Shown here piece by piece: positions 1 to 9,356 of a stretch of 46,473 nucleotides of DNA. Source of the stretch: Fidelibacterota bacterium (lineage in GTDB: Bacteria; Fidelibacterota; UBA2242). The translations under genes and the position numbers were made by a program. The notes under the pieces are model-generated. The model saw only the letters and a program-made list of their open reading frames with translations, made no database searches and was not told the DNA's origin. The stretch is from NCBI GenBank assembly GCA_030603165.1, contig JAUVYH010000002.1, positions 1-46,473 of the forward strand, read 5' to 3'. The number at the start of each line of letters is the position of its first letter. Position 1 is the first letter of the stretch.

Positions 1-189
1 ATATTCCAATCCCGCCTCTCTTGTTTTTCCATTTTCATTCATCATAACATAAATATTTCACTATTATTTTTCAATCATTAACTCTTCCTTCCTAAATCGT
101 TCCAAACAGTAAAAAATGAAAATTCCTATACAATTAAATTAATCACTAAAATGAGAGGACAAACAAATTTTGTAAGATAATGAGTTGCG

Positions 190-540
190 TTAGATGGGAT
201 TATTATCCGGATCAAGTGTGATAATAGTGGGTTTCCAGGACGCCACCTCTGATTCAGGTATATGAGTATAGGCAATAATGATAACGATGTCGCCTTTATG
301 AGCCAACCTCGCCGCCGCGCCCTTAATACAGATATCCCGTTTACCCCGTTCACCTTCTATTACGTAAGTTTCAAAGCGCGCTCCGTTGTTCAGGTTTAAA
401 ACCTGAACTTTTTCATAAACATGCATACCGACAGCCTCAATGAGGTCCTTGTCAATAGCTATACTGCCTTCGTAATCCAGGTCTGTTTCGGTAACCGTTG
501 CCCGGTGGAGTTTGGATTTTAAGACTGTTATTAAATTCAT
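190..540 (-). CDS. panD: aspartate 1-decarboxylase proenzyme (PanD)
   Basis: The product [30 protein letters not shown]... matches the PanD N-terminus, including the self-processing Gly-Ser site (YEGS). I prefer the ATG at 540 to the upstream ATG at 561 because it gives the canonical PanD N-terminus. Confidence 0.9.
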   Translation of the reverse strand: MNLITVLKSKLHRATVTETDLDYEGSIAIDKDLIEAVGMHVYEKVQVLNLNNGARFETYVIEGERGKRDICIKGAAARLAHKGDIVIIIAYTHIPESEVASWKPTIITLDPDNNPI

Positions 541-684
541 AAATATTTCCTTAATCATCACAATTCATATTCAAATTTAAAGCTATTTGAATAGCTTTCC
601 AATATTCACGTTACAGAAAAACATTTTAAAAAATTAACATTTGAGATTCTTCTCATAATACTCTATCTTTGGTAAAGTAAAACG

Positions 685-1266
685 ATGATTGCTAATCTTA
701 TACATATCGACAGGGTTCTCTTCTATATTGTTAACCACAAGATGGCAAATCCATTTTTTGACTGGATGATGCCGTTTATTACCAACCAGTGGAACTGGGC
801 AATCCCAATCCTTTTAATCTGGGCCGGCATGCTGATAATCGGCAATAAAAAAGCAAGAATTGCGGCATTGCTCATTTTCCTTACAGTATCTGCCACCGAT
901 CCGATATGCGCCAGGGTATTAAAACCAACGTTTAAACGAATACGCCCATCGAGATCATTGGAAGACGTTCGCTTATTGGTAAAAAAAGGCGGGAAATACG
1001 GATTTCCATCCAATCACGCCGCAAACGTGACCGGCGCTATGATGATACTACTGTATTTCTTCAGAAGATATAAATATGCATTCGCGTCAATAGCCTTACT
1101 AATTTCTTACAGTCGCGTTTACGTCGGAGTTCATTATCCATTTGATGTATGTTTCGGAATACTGATTGGAGTGTTATTCGCCGTATTTTGGATATATGTC
1201 TGGATCGTCGTTTCCAACCATTTATCAAAAAAGGAAAAATTCTATTTAACAATTTCAAAAGAATAA
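685..1266 (+). CDS. PAP2-family (type 2 phosphatidic acid / undecaprenyl-diphosphate-like) membrane phosphatase
   Basis: All three PAP2 motifs are present: KRIRPSR (KxxxxxxRP), PSNH (PSGH-like) and SRVYVGVHYPFD (SRxxxxxHxxxD). They sit between hydrophobic helices. Confidence 0.8.
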   Translation: MIANLIHIDRVLFYIVNHKMANPFFDWMMPFITNQWNWAIPILLIWAGMLIIGNKKARIAALLIFLTVSATDPICARVLKPTFKRIRPSRSLEDVRLLVKKGGKYGFPSNHAANVTGAMMILLYFFRRYKYAFASIALLISYSRVYVGVHYPFDVCFGILIGVLFAVFWIYVWIVVSNHLSKKEKFYLTISKE

Positions 1267-1310
1267 TTAGATTACCAGTAGAATATGATTAGTTAAAACA
1301 GGGATAACAC

Positions 1311-1442
1311 ATGGCAAGTCATCATAGAAGAAAGAAAAAATCGTTCAGAATAACACAGGGTGTTAAGACAGGACTATATATCCTTCTGGGTATTCTTGTT
1401 TTTTATGTCTTGCTATTTAATGTATGGGATTGCAAGATCTAA
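1311..1442 (+). CDS. possible small membrane protein (43 aa), unverified
   Basis: My own translation gives MASHHRRKKKSFRITQGVKTGLYILLGILVFYVLLFNVWDCKI. It has a basic N-terminus followed by one hydrophobic helix. It is too short for the ORF track and I recognise no homology. Confidence 0.2.
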   Translation: MASHHRRKKKSFRITQGVKTGLYILLGILVFYVLLFNVWDCKI

Positions 1443-1561
1443 ACTGAATTTTCAACTCGCATACTCTCTGCTAAAAGTTCTCACCCAATTATTTTAGATA
1501 ATCTACTTCTTCTCAATTTTCAAATTTTCCAACTATTTTTTTATAAATATTAGCAATTTTC

Positions 1562-1610
1562 TTGACAGAGATATTTATTTATTTTAAATTCCTACCAGTT
1601 TGGTAGGAAT
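1562..1610 (+). promoter_or_regulatory. sigma70-like promoter plus a perfect 10-3-10 palindrome, candidate Rrf2/IscR operator
   Basis: TTGACA at 1562-1567, a 17-nt spacer and TAAATT at 1585-1590. ATTCCTACCA-GTT-TGGTAGGAAT follows at 1588-1610, overlapping the -10 and the predicted TSS, about 40 nt upstream of the Rrf2 gene start. Confidence 0.45.
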
Positions 1611-1648
1611 ACTGAAATTTGACAAAAAATTTATAAAAATCGCAAAAG

Positions 1649-2086
1649 ATGCTACGAATTTCAACAAAGGGAAAATATGGAGCGCGGCTGATGTTTCAGC
1701 TGGCGCTGAACTATGGCAACGGTCCCATGTTGCTGAAAGACATCGCTGAAAAAGAAGATCTTTCCGTGCGTTATCTTGAGCATCTTGTGCCGCCTTTAAA
1801 AACTGCCCGCTTAATCTACGCCACAAGAGGAGCGCGAGGTGGATACTCATTAGCCAAAGCGCCAACGGATATCACTCTGAAAGATATTATCCGTGTTCTC
1901 GAAGGGCATCTATACCCATCTGAATGCGTTGAATCCCCAGAGGTGTGTAGCCGGTCGAGATTTTGTATCACCAGAGATATCTGGACGAAACTGGAGGAAA
2001 CAATTTCAACAACCTTAGCCGGTTTTACCCTTCAGGATTTGGTCGATAAATATTACAATAAAACTCATTATGAGGAACTTAAATGA
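1649..2086 (+). CDS. iscR: Rrf2-family transcriptional regulator, IscR-like
   Basis: The N-terminal wHTH MLRISTKGKYGARLM...LSVRYLEHL is typical of Rrf2. A three-Cys cluster (CVESPEVCSRSRFC, C-x6-C-x5-C) resembles the IscR Fe-S ligands. The gene overlaps nifS by 4 bp (ATGA). Confidence 0.85.
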   Translation: MLRISTKGKYGARLMFQLALNYGNGPMLLKDIAEKEDLSVRYLEHLVPPLKTARLIYATRGARGGYSLAKAPTDITLKDIIRVLEGHLYPSECVESPEVCSRSRFCITRDIWTKLEETISTTLAGFTLQDLVDKYYNKTHYEELK

Positions 2087-3243
2087 AAACGATTTACCTC
2101 GATCATGCCGCTACAACGGCAACTGATCCGGAAGTATTGGAAGCCATGCTGCCTTATTTTCACGAACACTACGGAAACCCCTCAAGCATTTATTCAATAA
2201 GCCGTATCTCGAAAAACACCATCGAAAATGCGCGTGAAATAGTCGCAAACGCATTGGGTGCGAATTCAAAAGAAATCGTCTTTACCAGTAGCGGCAGCGA
2301 AAGCGACAACTTTGCCATCAAAGGCGTCGCCCTCGCCAAACAACAACAAGGCAATCATATCATCACATCTTCAATTGAACATCATGCAGTCTTATATACC
2401 TGTAAATTTTTAGAAAAAAATGGATTCAATGTCACCTATTTACCGGTTGATAACAATGGTATCATTAAATTGGACGAATTGGAAAAAGCAATCACTCCGC
2501 AGACAATTTTAATTACGATCATGCACGCCAATAATGAAATCGGCACGATTCAGCCGATCAGCCAGATTGGCGAGATCGCCCGAAAACACGGAATCACCTT
2601 CCATACCGACGCCGTCCAGACCTTCGGTCACATACCCGTCAATGTTGATGACCTGAATATTGATATGCTCAGAATTTCCGGTCATAAATTTTACGGACCA
2701 AAAGGTGTCGGCGCATTATATATACGAAAAGGGATTAAAATCACGCCCCTGATCCACGGTGGCGATCAGGAGCGACGCCGACGGGCTTCTACCGAAAACG
2801 TGCCCGGCATTATTGGGTTGGGAAAAGCAGTTGAGATCGCCGGAAAAGTCATGGAAAATGAAGCGACCCGGCAGACCAAATTGCGGAATGAATTCATTCG
2901 CACAATTTTAGATAATATCGATGACGCCCGTCTAAATGGACACTCCTCCCTCCGATTACCCAATAACGTCAATATTTCCTTTGAGGGTATCGAAGGCGAA
3001 TCAATCCTGCTGAACCTGGACATGGAAGGAATCGCCGCTTCAACCGGTTCGGCCTGCAGTTCGTCCAACCTGGAACCCAGTCATGTCCTGCTATCGATTG
3101 GGCTGTCTCACGAATTTGCACACGGCTCTGTGCGGTTCTCAATGGGAAAACACACAACGAAAGACGATCTGGATTATGTTGTCGAAGTGCTGCCCGGCAT
3201 AGTCAAAAAATTGCGCGCCATGTCGCCACTTTATAAAAAATAA
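2083..3243 (+). CDS. nifS: cysteine desulfurase (NifS/IscS, class V aminotransferase)
   Basis: MKTIYLDHAATT...HYGNPSS...SGHKFYGPKG (PLP lysine)...STGSACSS (active-site Cys loop). 386 aa, NifS-type length. Confidence 0.92.
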   Translation: MKTIYLDHAATTATDPEVLEAMLPYFHEHYGNPSSIYSISRISKNTIENAREIVANALGANSKEIVFTSSGSESDNFAIKGVALAKQQQGNHIITSSIEHHAVLYTCKFLEKNGFNVTYLPVDNNGIIKLDELEKAITPQTILITIMHANNEIGTIQPISQIGEIARKHGITFHTDAVQTFGHIPVNVDDLNIDMLRISGHKFYGPKGVGALYIRKGIKITPLIHGGDQERRRRASTENVPGIIGLGKAVEIAGKVMENEATRQTKLRNEFIRTILDNIDDARLNGHSSLRLPNNVNISFEGIEGESILLNLDMEGIAASTGSACSSSNLEPSHVLLSIGLSHEFAHGSVRFSMGKHTTKDDLDYVVEVLPGIVKKLRAMSPLYKK

Positions 3244-3255
3244 GGAACTGAATTA

Positions 3256-3642
3256 ATGGAACAGTACAGCGAAAAAGTAATGGATCACTTCCGTAATCCA
3301 CGCAATGTGGGTGAAATTGAAAATCCCGATGGAATCGGACATGTGGGAAATCCGATGTGCGGTGATGTCATGGAGATGTATATTAAAGTAAAAGAGAACA
3401 TAATTGTTGACGCCAAATTCAAAACTTTCGGGTGTGGCGCCGCTATCGCCACCAGTTCAATGGCGACTGAGCTCGTTATAGGTAAAACAATCGATGAAGT
3501 CCGGCAGATTACCAATAAAGTCGTTGCCGAAGCTTTGGATGGCTTGCCACCCATAAAAATGCACTGTTCAAACCTTGCGGAAGAAGCCCTGGAAGCCGCG
3601 ATAAAAGACTATAAAGAAAAACTCGCTCACAAAAAGGCGTGA
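3256..3642 (+). CDS. nifU: Fe-S cluster assembly scaffold (IscU/NifU N-terminal type)
   Basis: 128 aa with the conserved scaffold cysteines in NPMCGD, FGCGAAIA and MHCSNLAEEAL. Confidence 0.92.
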   Translation: MEQYSEKVMDHFRNPRNVGEIENPDGIGHVGNPMCGDVMEMYIKVKENIIVDAKFKTFGCGAAIATSSMATELVIGKTIDEVRQITNKVVAEALDGLPPIKMHCSNLAEEALEAAIKDYKEKLAHKKA

Positions 3643-3993
3643 TTTTCCGGATTCAAATTCCACTATAGCAAAAACCTTTAAAACGTACAGGACATATTGT
3701 ATCGCTTATCAATTATAATTTCCCCAAAATATCCCTGACCCAAATTGAAACCGCTGCTGCAACCTGATAAAATTCCATTGCCATATTGTGATTTTTTATA
3801 TAATATCACCACGAATACGGTTTACGGAAAATCCGGGGATTTTATGAGTTTAAAAATGGCTATATATGATAAGTTTTGAAAAAATGGATGGATATGGACA
3901 TTTATTGCTAAATTGAGTGATAACTTGTTATCTATATTATTTCAAGGATTAGTTCTAAAAATGAAAGTGCATTACAATTAAGGAAACAAAAAT

Positions 3994-6900
3994 ATGATCA
4001 ACACGGATTTAACTTTCATTACCAACGAAGAGCAGCAAAACCTTAAAACGAGATTTCGTATCTTGATAAAAGACACAAAATTTTTTGACTGCCTGGTCGG
4101 GTATTTTTATACAAGCGGTTTTTATGCTGTTTATAAATCATTAGAAAATACAGAAAATATTAGAATTCTGATTGGCATAAGCACAAGCAAACAGACCTAT
4201 GATTCATTAAAAAAAGCAAATCAAAACCCGCAGCAGGCGCTGCAATTTTCCCACGCGGAAACAAAACATGAATATTCAGAACTTGTGGAAAAGGAGCTGG
4301 AAGATTCAGAAGATAAGCGGGAAGTCGAAGAAGGTGTTGAAAAATTTATTGAATGGATTCGCGGTAAGAAACTGGAAATCAGAGCCTACCCTTCTCAAAA
4401 TATTCATGCAAAACTTTACATTATGACATTCGCTGAAGGCGACCGCGATATCGGCAGAATTATTACCGGTTCCAGCAATTTTACCCAATCAGGCTTAGTA
4501 GATAATCTTGAATTTAATGTCGAACTGAAAAATCGTGCTGACTATGAATTTGCCAAAAATAAATTTGAGGAGTTATGGCAGAATTCCGTAGATGTCAGCG
4601 AAAAATATATTCAGACAATTCAGGAAAAAACATGGCTAAACCAAAACATTACGCCTTATCAGCTTTACCTGAAGTTTCTCTACGAATATTTCAAGGACGA
4701 ATTAAGCCAGACTGACGAAGTATTTATCAAATATTTACCGCGAGAATTTAAAAAACTGGAATATCAGAAGCAGGCGGTATTAAATGCGAAAAAAATTCTT
4801 GAGGGATATGGCGGTGTTTTTATTTCTGACGTCGTTGGGCTTGGGAAAACTTACATCTCAGCCATGCTTGCCGGGCAGATTGACGGGAGAACTCTGGTGA
4901 TAGCGCCCCCCGTTTTACTTGATAAAAGGAATCCCGGATCATGGCCAAATATCTTTTCAGATTTCAGAGTGCCGGCTGATTTTGAATCGAGAGGAAAATT
5001 AGATCATATTCTTCGTAGAGGAACGGAAAAATACAAAAATATTATCATCGACGAAGCTCACCGTTTTAGAACGGAAACGAATATTACCTATGAGAAATTA
5101 GCCGAGATTTGCCGCGGAAAAAGAGTGATTTTAGTAACCGCCACCCCTTATAATAATTCCCCAAAAGACATTTTAAGCCAGATAAAGCTGTTCCAAAAAG
5201 CCAGGAAAAGCACCATTCCCAATTTGCCCGACCTTGAAACTTTCTTCAATGGATTGGAAAAGAAAATAAAAAATCTGGACAGACAACGGGATTATTCCGA
5301 ATACATAAAAACCGTCAAAGAGAACGCCAAAGAGATCCGCGAAAAAGTGCTTAAATTGTTAATGGTGCGTCGTACTAGAACCGAAATCATAAAACATTTT
5401 GAAAATGATTTTAAAAAACAAAACTTGAAGTTCCCTGATATTGATAATCCGGAACCGCTCTTTTACCAGCTTAATGACGAGGAAGATAGAATCTTTAATA
5501 CAACCATCGAATTAATTTCTAAAAAATTCACCTACGCCCGTTACACGCCTCTGTTACCACAGTATTACAAAGGTTCAATAGATCAGCTGGAGGAGCAATC
5601 CCAGAAGAACATGGGCAAATTCATGAAAATTCTGCTAGTCAAAAGGCTGGAAAGCAGTTTCTTCGCGTTTAGAAACTCCATTGATCGGTTCATCTACTCT
5701 TATGAGATGTTCATTAAGGAATTTAACAATGGCAATGTTTATGTAAGCAAAAAATATTCCCGGAAGATCTTTGAGTATCTGGAAAATGACGATGACAAAG
5801 CTATTCAAAGGTTAATTGATGAGGGCAAAGCTGTAAAGTTCGCAAACAATGAATTTAAGAATGATTTCATTATTGATCTAAAAAACGACCTTGAAATACT
5901 GAAAACCACCAGATTCCTCTGGCAAAAAGTTCAACGAGACCCAAAACTGCTTAAATTTTTGGATGAACTTACAAACCAAAAAATCCTGAAGCAAAGCAAA
6001 CTCATAATTTTTACTGAGTCAAAAGAAACAGCCGAATACCTGTTTAAAAACATAAATGACAAATTTCCCGGTACCGCACTCTGTTTTACAGGTGGATCGG
6101 GAGAGGCAACCCGCGATAAGGTTATTGACAATTTTGACGCTAACGTACGCCACCCCAGAGATGATTACCGCATTCTGGTCTCTACAGAGGTTTTGTCCGA
6201 GGGGGTGAACCTGCACCGTTCCAATGTTGTGGTAAATTATGACATTCCCTGGAATCCCACACGGATGATGCAGCGAGTCGGACGTATCAATCGCGTAGAT
6301 ACCAAATTTGATAAAATTTACACCTTTAATTTCTTTCCCACCAAACAATCAAATGATGAGATAAAACTAAAAGAAGCCGCAGAAGCAAAAATCAACGCAT
6401 TTTTAACTCTGTTAGGCGGCGATGCTGCGTTGTTAACCGAAGGGGAACCGGTCGCCTCACACGAACTCTTTAACCGTTTAATTTCCAAACAAACCCTGAC
6501 CGGCGATGATGGAGCCGAAGAAAGCGAACTGAAATATCTACACATTATTAAAGATATCCGCGACAAGAATCCGGATCTGTTTGAGAAAATCAAACGCCTG
6601 CCGAAAAAAGCACGCACAGCAAAACAAAACCATGCTGTTGCCGGAGCGCTTATCACCTATTTTCGCCGCGGGAAACTGCAGAAGTTCTTCCTGTCTGCCG
6701 TGACAACGGCACAGGCAGGCATAGCGCAGGTAAAGCAAACAGCCGAAGAACTGGATTTTATATCAGCGGCAAAACTGCTTGAAAGCCGGCCGGATGAAAA
6801 AAAGAAAAAACTTCCAAGCGAGATGTATGACCTTTTAGACAGCAACAAGGAAGCTTTTATTATCGCTACCACCGAAGAAATGGTTGAACCTCAAAAAAGA

Positions 6901-7224
6901 AGAGGACGCGACAGCGCCGCCAATATTCTGCGCATTTTAAAGGCAACCATGAAAAATACGCAGAAACTCACCGAAAACCAGGAGTTTTACCTTAATAAAG
7001 TATTGACTCAGCTTGAGGAAGGCGGACTGCCCAAACAAACAACCAAAGAAACACTCAAAGCATTAAATGAGCTAAATCAAGATTTGATGAATCCGTTTAA
7101 AGTACTGGCTACACTACAAAACCATATTCCCGAACGTCTTTTAAAAGGACATTACGCAGAGCAAAATCCGGCGGTATTCGGAAAACGTGAAGTCATACTC
7201 TCACTCTATCTAGCAGGAGAATAA
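3994..7224 (+). CDS. PLD-like (single HKD) nuclease domain fused to an SNF2-family helicase/translocase
   Basis: N-terminal HKD motif NIHAKLYIM...GSSNFTQSGL (His codon at 4405-4407). SF2/SNF2 motifs follow: GLGKTY (I), IIIDEAHRFR (II, DEAH), LVTATPYNN (III), LVSTEVLSEGVNL (V) and QRVGRINR (VI). 1076 aa. Confidence 0.85.
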   Translation: MINTDLTFITNEEQQNLKTRFRILIKDTKFFDCLVGYFYTSGFYAVYKSLENTENIRILIGISTSKQTYDSLKKANQNPQQALQFSHAETKHEYSELVEKELEDSEDKREVEEGVEKFIEWIRGKKLEIRAYPSQNIHAKLYIMTFAEGDRDIGRIITGSSNFTQSGLVDNLEFNVELKNRADYEFAKNKFEELWQNSVDVSEKYIQTIQEKTWLNQNITPYQLYLKFLYEYFKDELSQTDEVFIKYLPREFKKLEYQKQAVLNAKKILEGYGGVFISDVVGLGKTYISAMLAGQIDGRTLVIAPPVLLDKRNPGSWPNIFSDFRVPADFESRGKLDHILRRGTEKYKNIIIDEAHRFRTETNITYEKLAEICRGKRVILVTATPYNNSPKDILSQIKLFQKARKSTIPNLPDLETFFNGLEKKIKNLDRQRDYSEYIKTVKENAKEIREKVLKLLMVRRTRTEIIKHFENDFKKQNLKFPDIDNPEPLFYQLNDEEDRIFNTTIELISKKFTYARYTPLLPQYYKGSIDQLEEQSQKNMGKFMKILLVKRLESSFFAFRNSIDRFIYSYEMFIKEFNNGNVYVSKKYSRKIFEYLENDDDKAIQRLIDEGKAVKFANNEFKNDFIIDLKNDLEILKTTRFLWQKVQRDPKLLKFLDELTNQKILKQSKLIIFTESKETAEYLFKNINDKFPGTALCFTGGSGEATRDKVIDNFDANVRHPRDDYRILVSTEVLSEGVNLHRSNVVVNYDIPWNPTRMMQRVGRINRVDTKFDKIYTFNFFPTKQSNDEIKLKEAAEAKINAFLTLLGGDAALLTEGEPVASHELFNRLISKQTLTGDDGAEESELKYLHIIKDIRDKNPDLFEKIKRLPKKARTAKQNHAVAGALITYFRRGKLQKFFLSAVTTAQAGIAQVKQTAEELDFISAAKLLESRPDEKKKKLPSEMYDLLDSNKEAFIIATTEEMVEPQKRRGRDSAANILRILKATMKNTQKLTENQEFYLNKVLTQLEEGGLPKQTTKETLKALNELNQDLMNPFKVLATLQNHIPERLLKGHYAEQNPAVFGKREVILSLYLAGE

Positions 7225-7227
7225 TAT

Positions 7228-8586
7228 ATGACGAATAAAGAATCTCAAACAGTTGAATATAAACAAAACTGGCGAAATGACTGCCTTAAAGCCGTTTCAG
7301 CGTTTGCAAACAGCCGTGGCGGCGTTTTATATATTGGATTGGATGACCACGGAAAATCATTCGGTTTAAAAAATGTCAAAAAATTGCTTGAGGATATTCC
7401 AAATACCATCAGAAATAAACTCGGAATTATACCTTCAGTTGAACTGAACAGAAAAAGTAGTAAGGATATAATCAAAATCACAGTTGTACCGTCATCTGTA
7501 CCCATTTCCTACAATGGCAAATATTATCTCAGGAGCGGAAGCACTGTGCAGGAACTACAGGGAAAAGAGCTGGCTGATTTTTTGATAAGAAAAACCGGAA
7601 TAGAATGGGATGACGCTTTTGAAGATAGCGGGAATTGGGATTTTTTGGAAGAATCCACCATTGAAGATTTTAAACGTTTTGCTGTTGATCGTATTCCGTC
7701 AATTGTTCGTGAAAAAGATTTTGCCACAATTTTAAAAAAATTAAATCTTTTCGAAAATCAGCATTTGAAACGAGCGGCAATTATGCTTTTTGGCAGAGAA
7801 GTACAACGTTCTTACAGCCACGCTTGTGTAAAAATCGGGCGATTCTTAAGCGATACCGATATTCAAACAACCGATATTGTCAAAGGTAATCTGTTTCAGC
7901 AATTGGAAACCACATTGGAAATTCTCCGGACCAAATATTTACAGAGCAATATAAAATTTGAAGGCATCCATCGCCGTGATATTCTTGAATATCCTTATGA
8001 AGCCTTGCGGGAGGCAATCATAAATGCACTCATTCATCGGGATTACCGAAGTTTTTCTCAAATTCAAATTAGAGTCTATCCCGATAAACTCATCATTATG
8101 AATGCCGGTAGTTTGCCGCCTGAGGTGCCGGTGGAATCGCTGAAAACCGAGCATCTGTCCAGACCGAGAAATAAGCTGTTAGCAGAAACTTTTTACTATG
8201 CCGGTTTTATTGAAGCCTGGGGACGCGGCACATTGAAAATCGTGGAAAAATGTGTCGAGCAGAGATTGCCGGAACCTGATTTTAAAGAAGAAAACGGCGT
8301 GATGACTGTTACCTTTTATAAGGATAAATGGACTGAGAAAAAATTAAAGAAACTCGGACTGAATGAAAGACAGATAAAAGCAGTGATGTATGTAAAGGAA
8401 AATGTCAGAATTACAAACAGTGAGTATCAAGGATTATTTGAGGTATCGAAGCGAACCGCTACCAATGATTTAGATGAATTGGTGCAAAAAGGCCTGTTCG
8501 AGAAAACAGGTACACGAGGTAGAGGGACATTTTATGAAATTAAAAAGGGCAATAATTGGGCAAATGGGGCAAAAAAAGGGCAATAA
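7228..8586 (+). CDS. AlbA_2 (Schlafen-like) domain / HATPase_c_4 / C-terminal wHTH protein (COG2865-type, often annotated as RecG-like ATP-binding protein)
   Basis: N-terminus ESQTVEYKQNW...AFANSRGGVLYIGLDDHG is the AlbA_2 signature. EALREAIINALIHRDYRS...IRVYPDKLIIMNAGSLP is the HATPase_c_4 signature. The C-terminal LNERQIKAVMYVKENVRITNSEY...TATNDLDELVQKGL is a wHTH. It starts 3 nt after the helicase stop. Confidence 0.8.
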   Translation: MTNKESQTVEYKQNWRNDCLKAVSAFANSRGGVLYIGLDDHGKSFGLKNVKKLLEDIPNTIRNKLGIIPSVELNRKSSKDIIKITVVPSSVPISYNGKYYLRSGSTVQELQGKELADFLIRKTGIEWDDAFEDSGNWDFLEESTIEDFKRFAVDRIPSIVREKDFATILKKLNLFENQHLKRAAIMLFGREVQRSYSHACVKIGRFLSDTDIQTTDIVKGNLFQQLETTLEILRTKYLQSNIKFEGIHRRDILEYPYEALREAIINALIHRDYRSFSQIQIRVYPDKLIIMNAGSLPPEVPVESLKTEHLSRPRNKLLAETFYYAGFIEAWGRGTLKIVEKCVEQRLPEPDFKEENGVMTVTFYKDKWTEKKLKKLGLNERQIKAVMYVKENVRITNSEYQGLFEVSKRTATNDLDELVQKGLFEKTGTRGRGTFYEIKKGNNWANGAKKGQ

Positions 8587-8618
8587 TGGGTCAAATGAGT
8601 CAAAAACGAGGCAAAAAT
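8547..8618 (+). repeat. degenerate short word repeat (GGGCAAA-like units) spanning the 3' end and stop of the AlbA_2 gene
   Basis: gggcaataattgggcaaatggggcaaaaaaagggcaataatgggtcaaatgagtcaaaaacgaggcaaaaat. The tail encodes ...KGNNWANGAKKGQ*. Confidence 0.6.
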
Positions 8619-8745
8619 ACTGAAGACAAAAAGCGATCTGTTATCAGTTAAATTTTGGATAAATGGTGGTTTCCCGGCGGATATGTCGGATAAATGTCGG
8701 ATATCGGAAACGGACTGATTCAGATACAGAACACAAACTGCTTAA

Positions 8746-8853
8746 AGTAATGAATTGACTGAAGAATTTTTAATAAAGATCGGGTTGAATGAAAGGCAAA
8801 TGAAAGCCGTATTATATTTTAAAGGGGTGCTAAAGGGGCGAAAGGGGCGCTAA
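8746..8853 (+). pseudogene. orphan, internally deleted fragment of a COG2865-type C-terminal wHTH module
   Basis: My own translation gives SNELTEEFLIKIGLNERQMKAVLYFKGVLKGRKGR*. It repeats the W(T/S)E..L.K.GLNERQ.KAV.Y segment of the upstream gene and then runs straight into an AAAGGGGCG word-repeat tail (8821-8856). Confidence 0.55.
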
Positions 8854-8856
8854 AAA

Positions 8857-9120
8857 GGCGTGATGACCGTGACTTTTTATAAGGATAAATGGAGCGAGGA
8901 AAACCTCAGGAAATTGGATTTGAATGAAAGACAGATTAAGGCTGTGTTGTATGTTACGGAAAACGGGAAAATAACGAATAACGCCTATAGAGAATTGATA
9001 AAAGATATTAGTAGAATAACAGCAACCCGAGATTTAACTAACCTGGTTGAAAAAGGCATTTTAAAGATGGTTGGTATTGGTAAAAGGCAGGTGCATTATA
9101 TTATGAATGATTCAAAATAA
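8857..9120 (+). pseudogene. orphan 3' module (wHTH domain) paralogous to the C-terminus of the 7228-8586 gene
   Basis: GVMTVTFYKDKWSEENLRKLDLNERQIKAVLYVTENGKITNNAY...TATRDLTNLVEKGIL aligns residue for residue with GVMTVTFYKDKWTEKKLKKLGLNERQIKAVMYVKENVRITNSEY...TATNDLDELVQKGLF. By hand alignment the first ~100 nt are roughly four-fifths identical to 8296-8400. It has no N-terminal domains or obvious RBS. Confidence 0.65.
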
Positions 9121-9348
9121 ATGCAACGATGATGCAAAAGATGCAAAAATGATGCAAAAATGAAGAACCTATTGATAAAATGTCACGACAGGCATAGGGG
9201 CAAAATATGAACTTAAAAATTTATTGGCCGATAATTGGCCGAATTGGCCGCTCAAAGACCAATAATTGCACATGCCCTGCACAATTATTTGCACAACACT
9301 GTTAAAGGGCTTAAAGGGCTCATAAAGGGCTCACAAACGGCTCAAAGG
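9121..9348 (+). repeat. series of different short word repeats, decayed low-complexity tail-like sequence
   Basis: GATGCAAAA-like x4 (9121-9165), ATTGGCCG x3 (9223-9250), TGCACA x3 (9267-9295) and TAAAGGGCT-like x4 (9301-9348). One frame reads ...IIAHALHNYLHNTVKGLKGLIKGSQTAQR. Confidence 0.6.
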
Positions 9349-9356
9349 AATAAAAC

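Noticed and set aside
8547-9348. Possible CRISPR array or minisatellite, because of many short repeated words
   Set aside because: The units are only 6-10 bp. They change identity every few dozen bases and have no spacer-like unique segments of constant length. They fit decayed low-complexity protein tails better.
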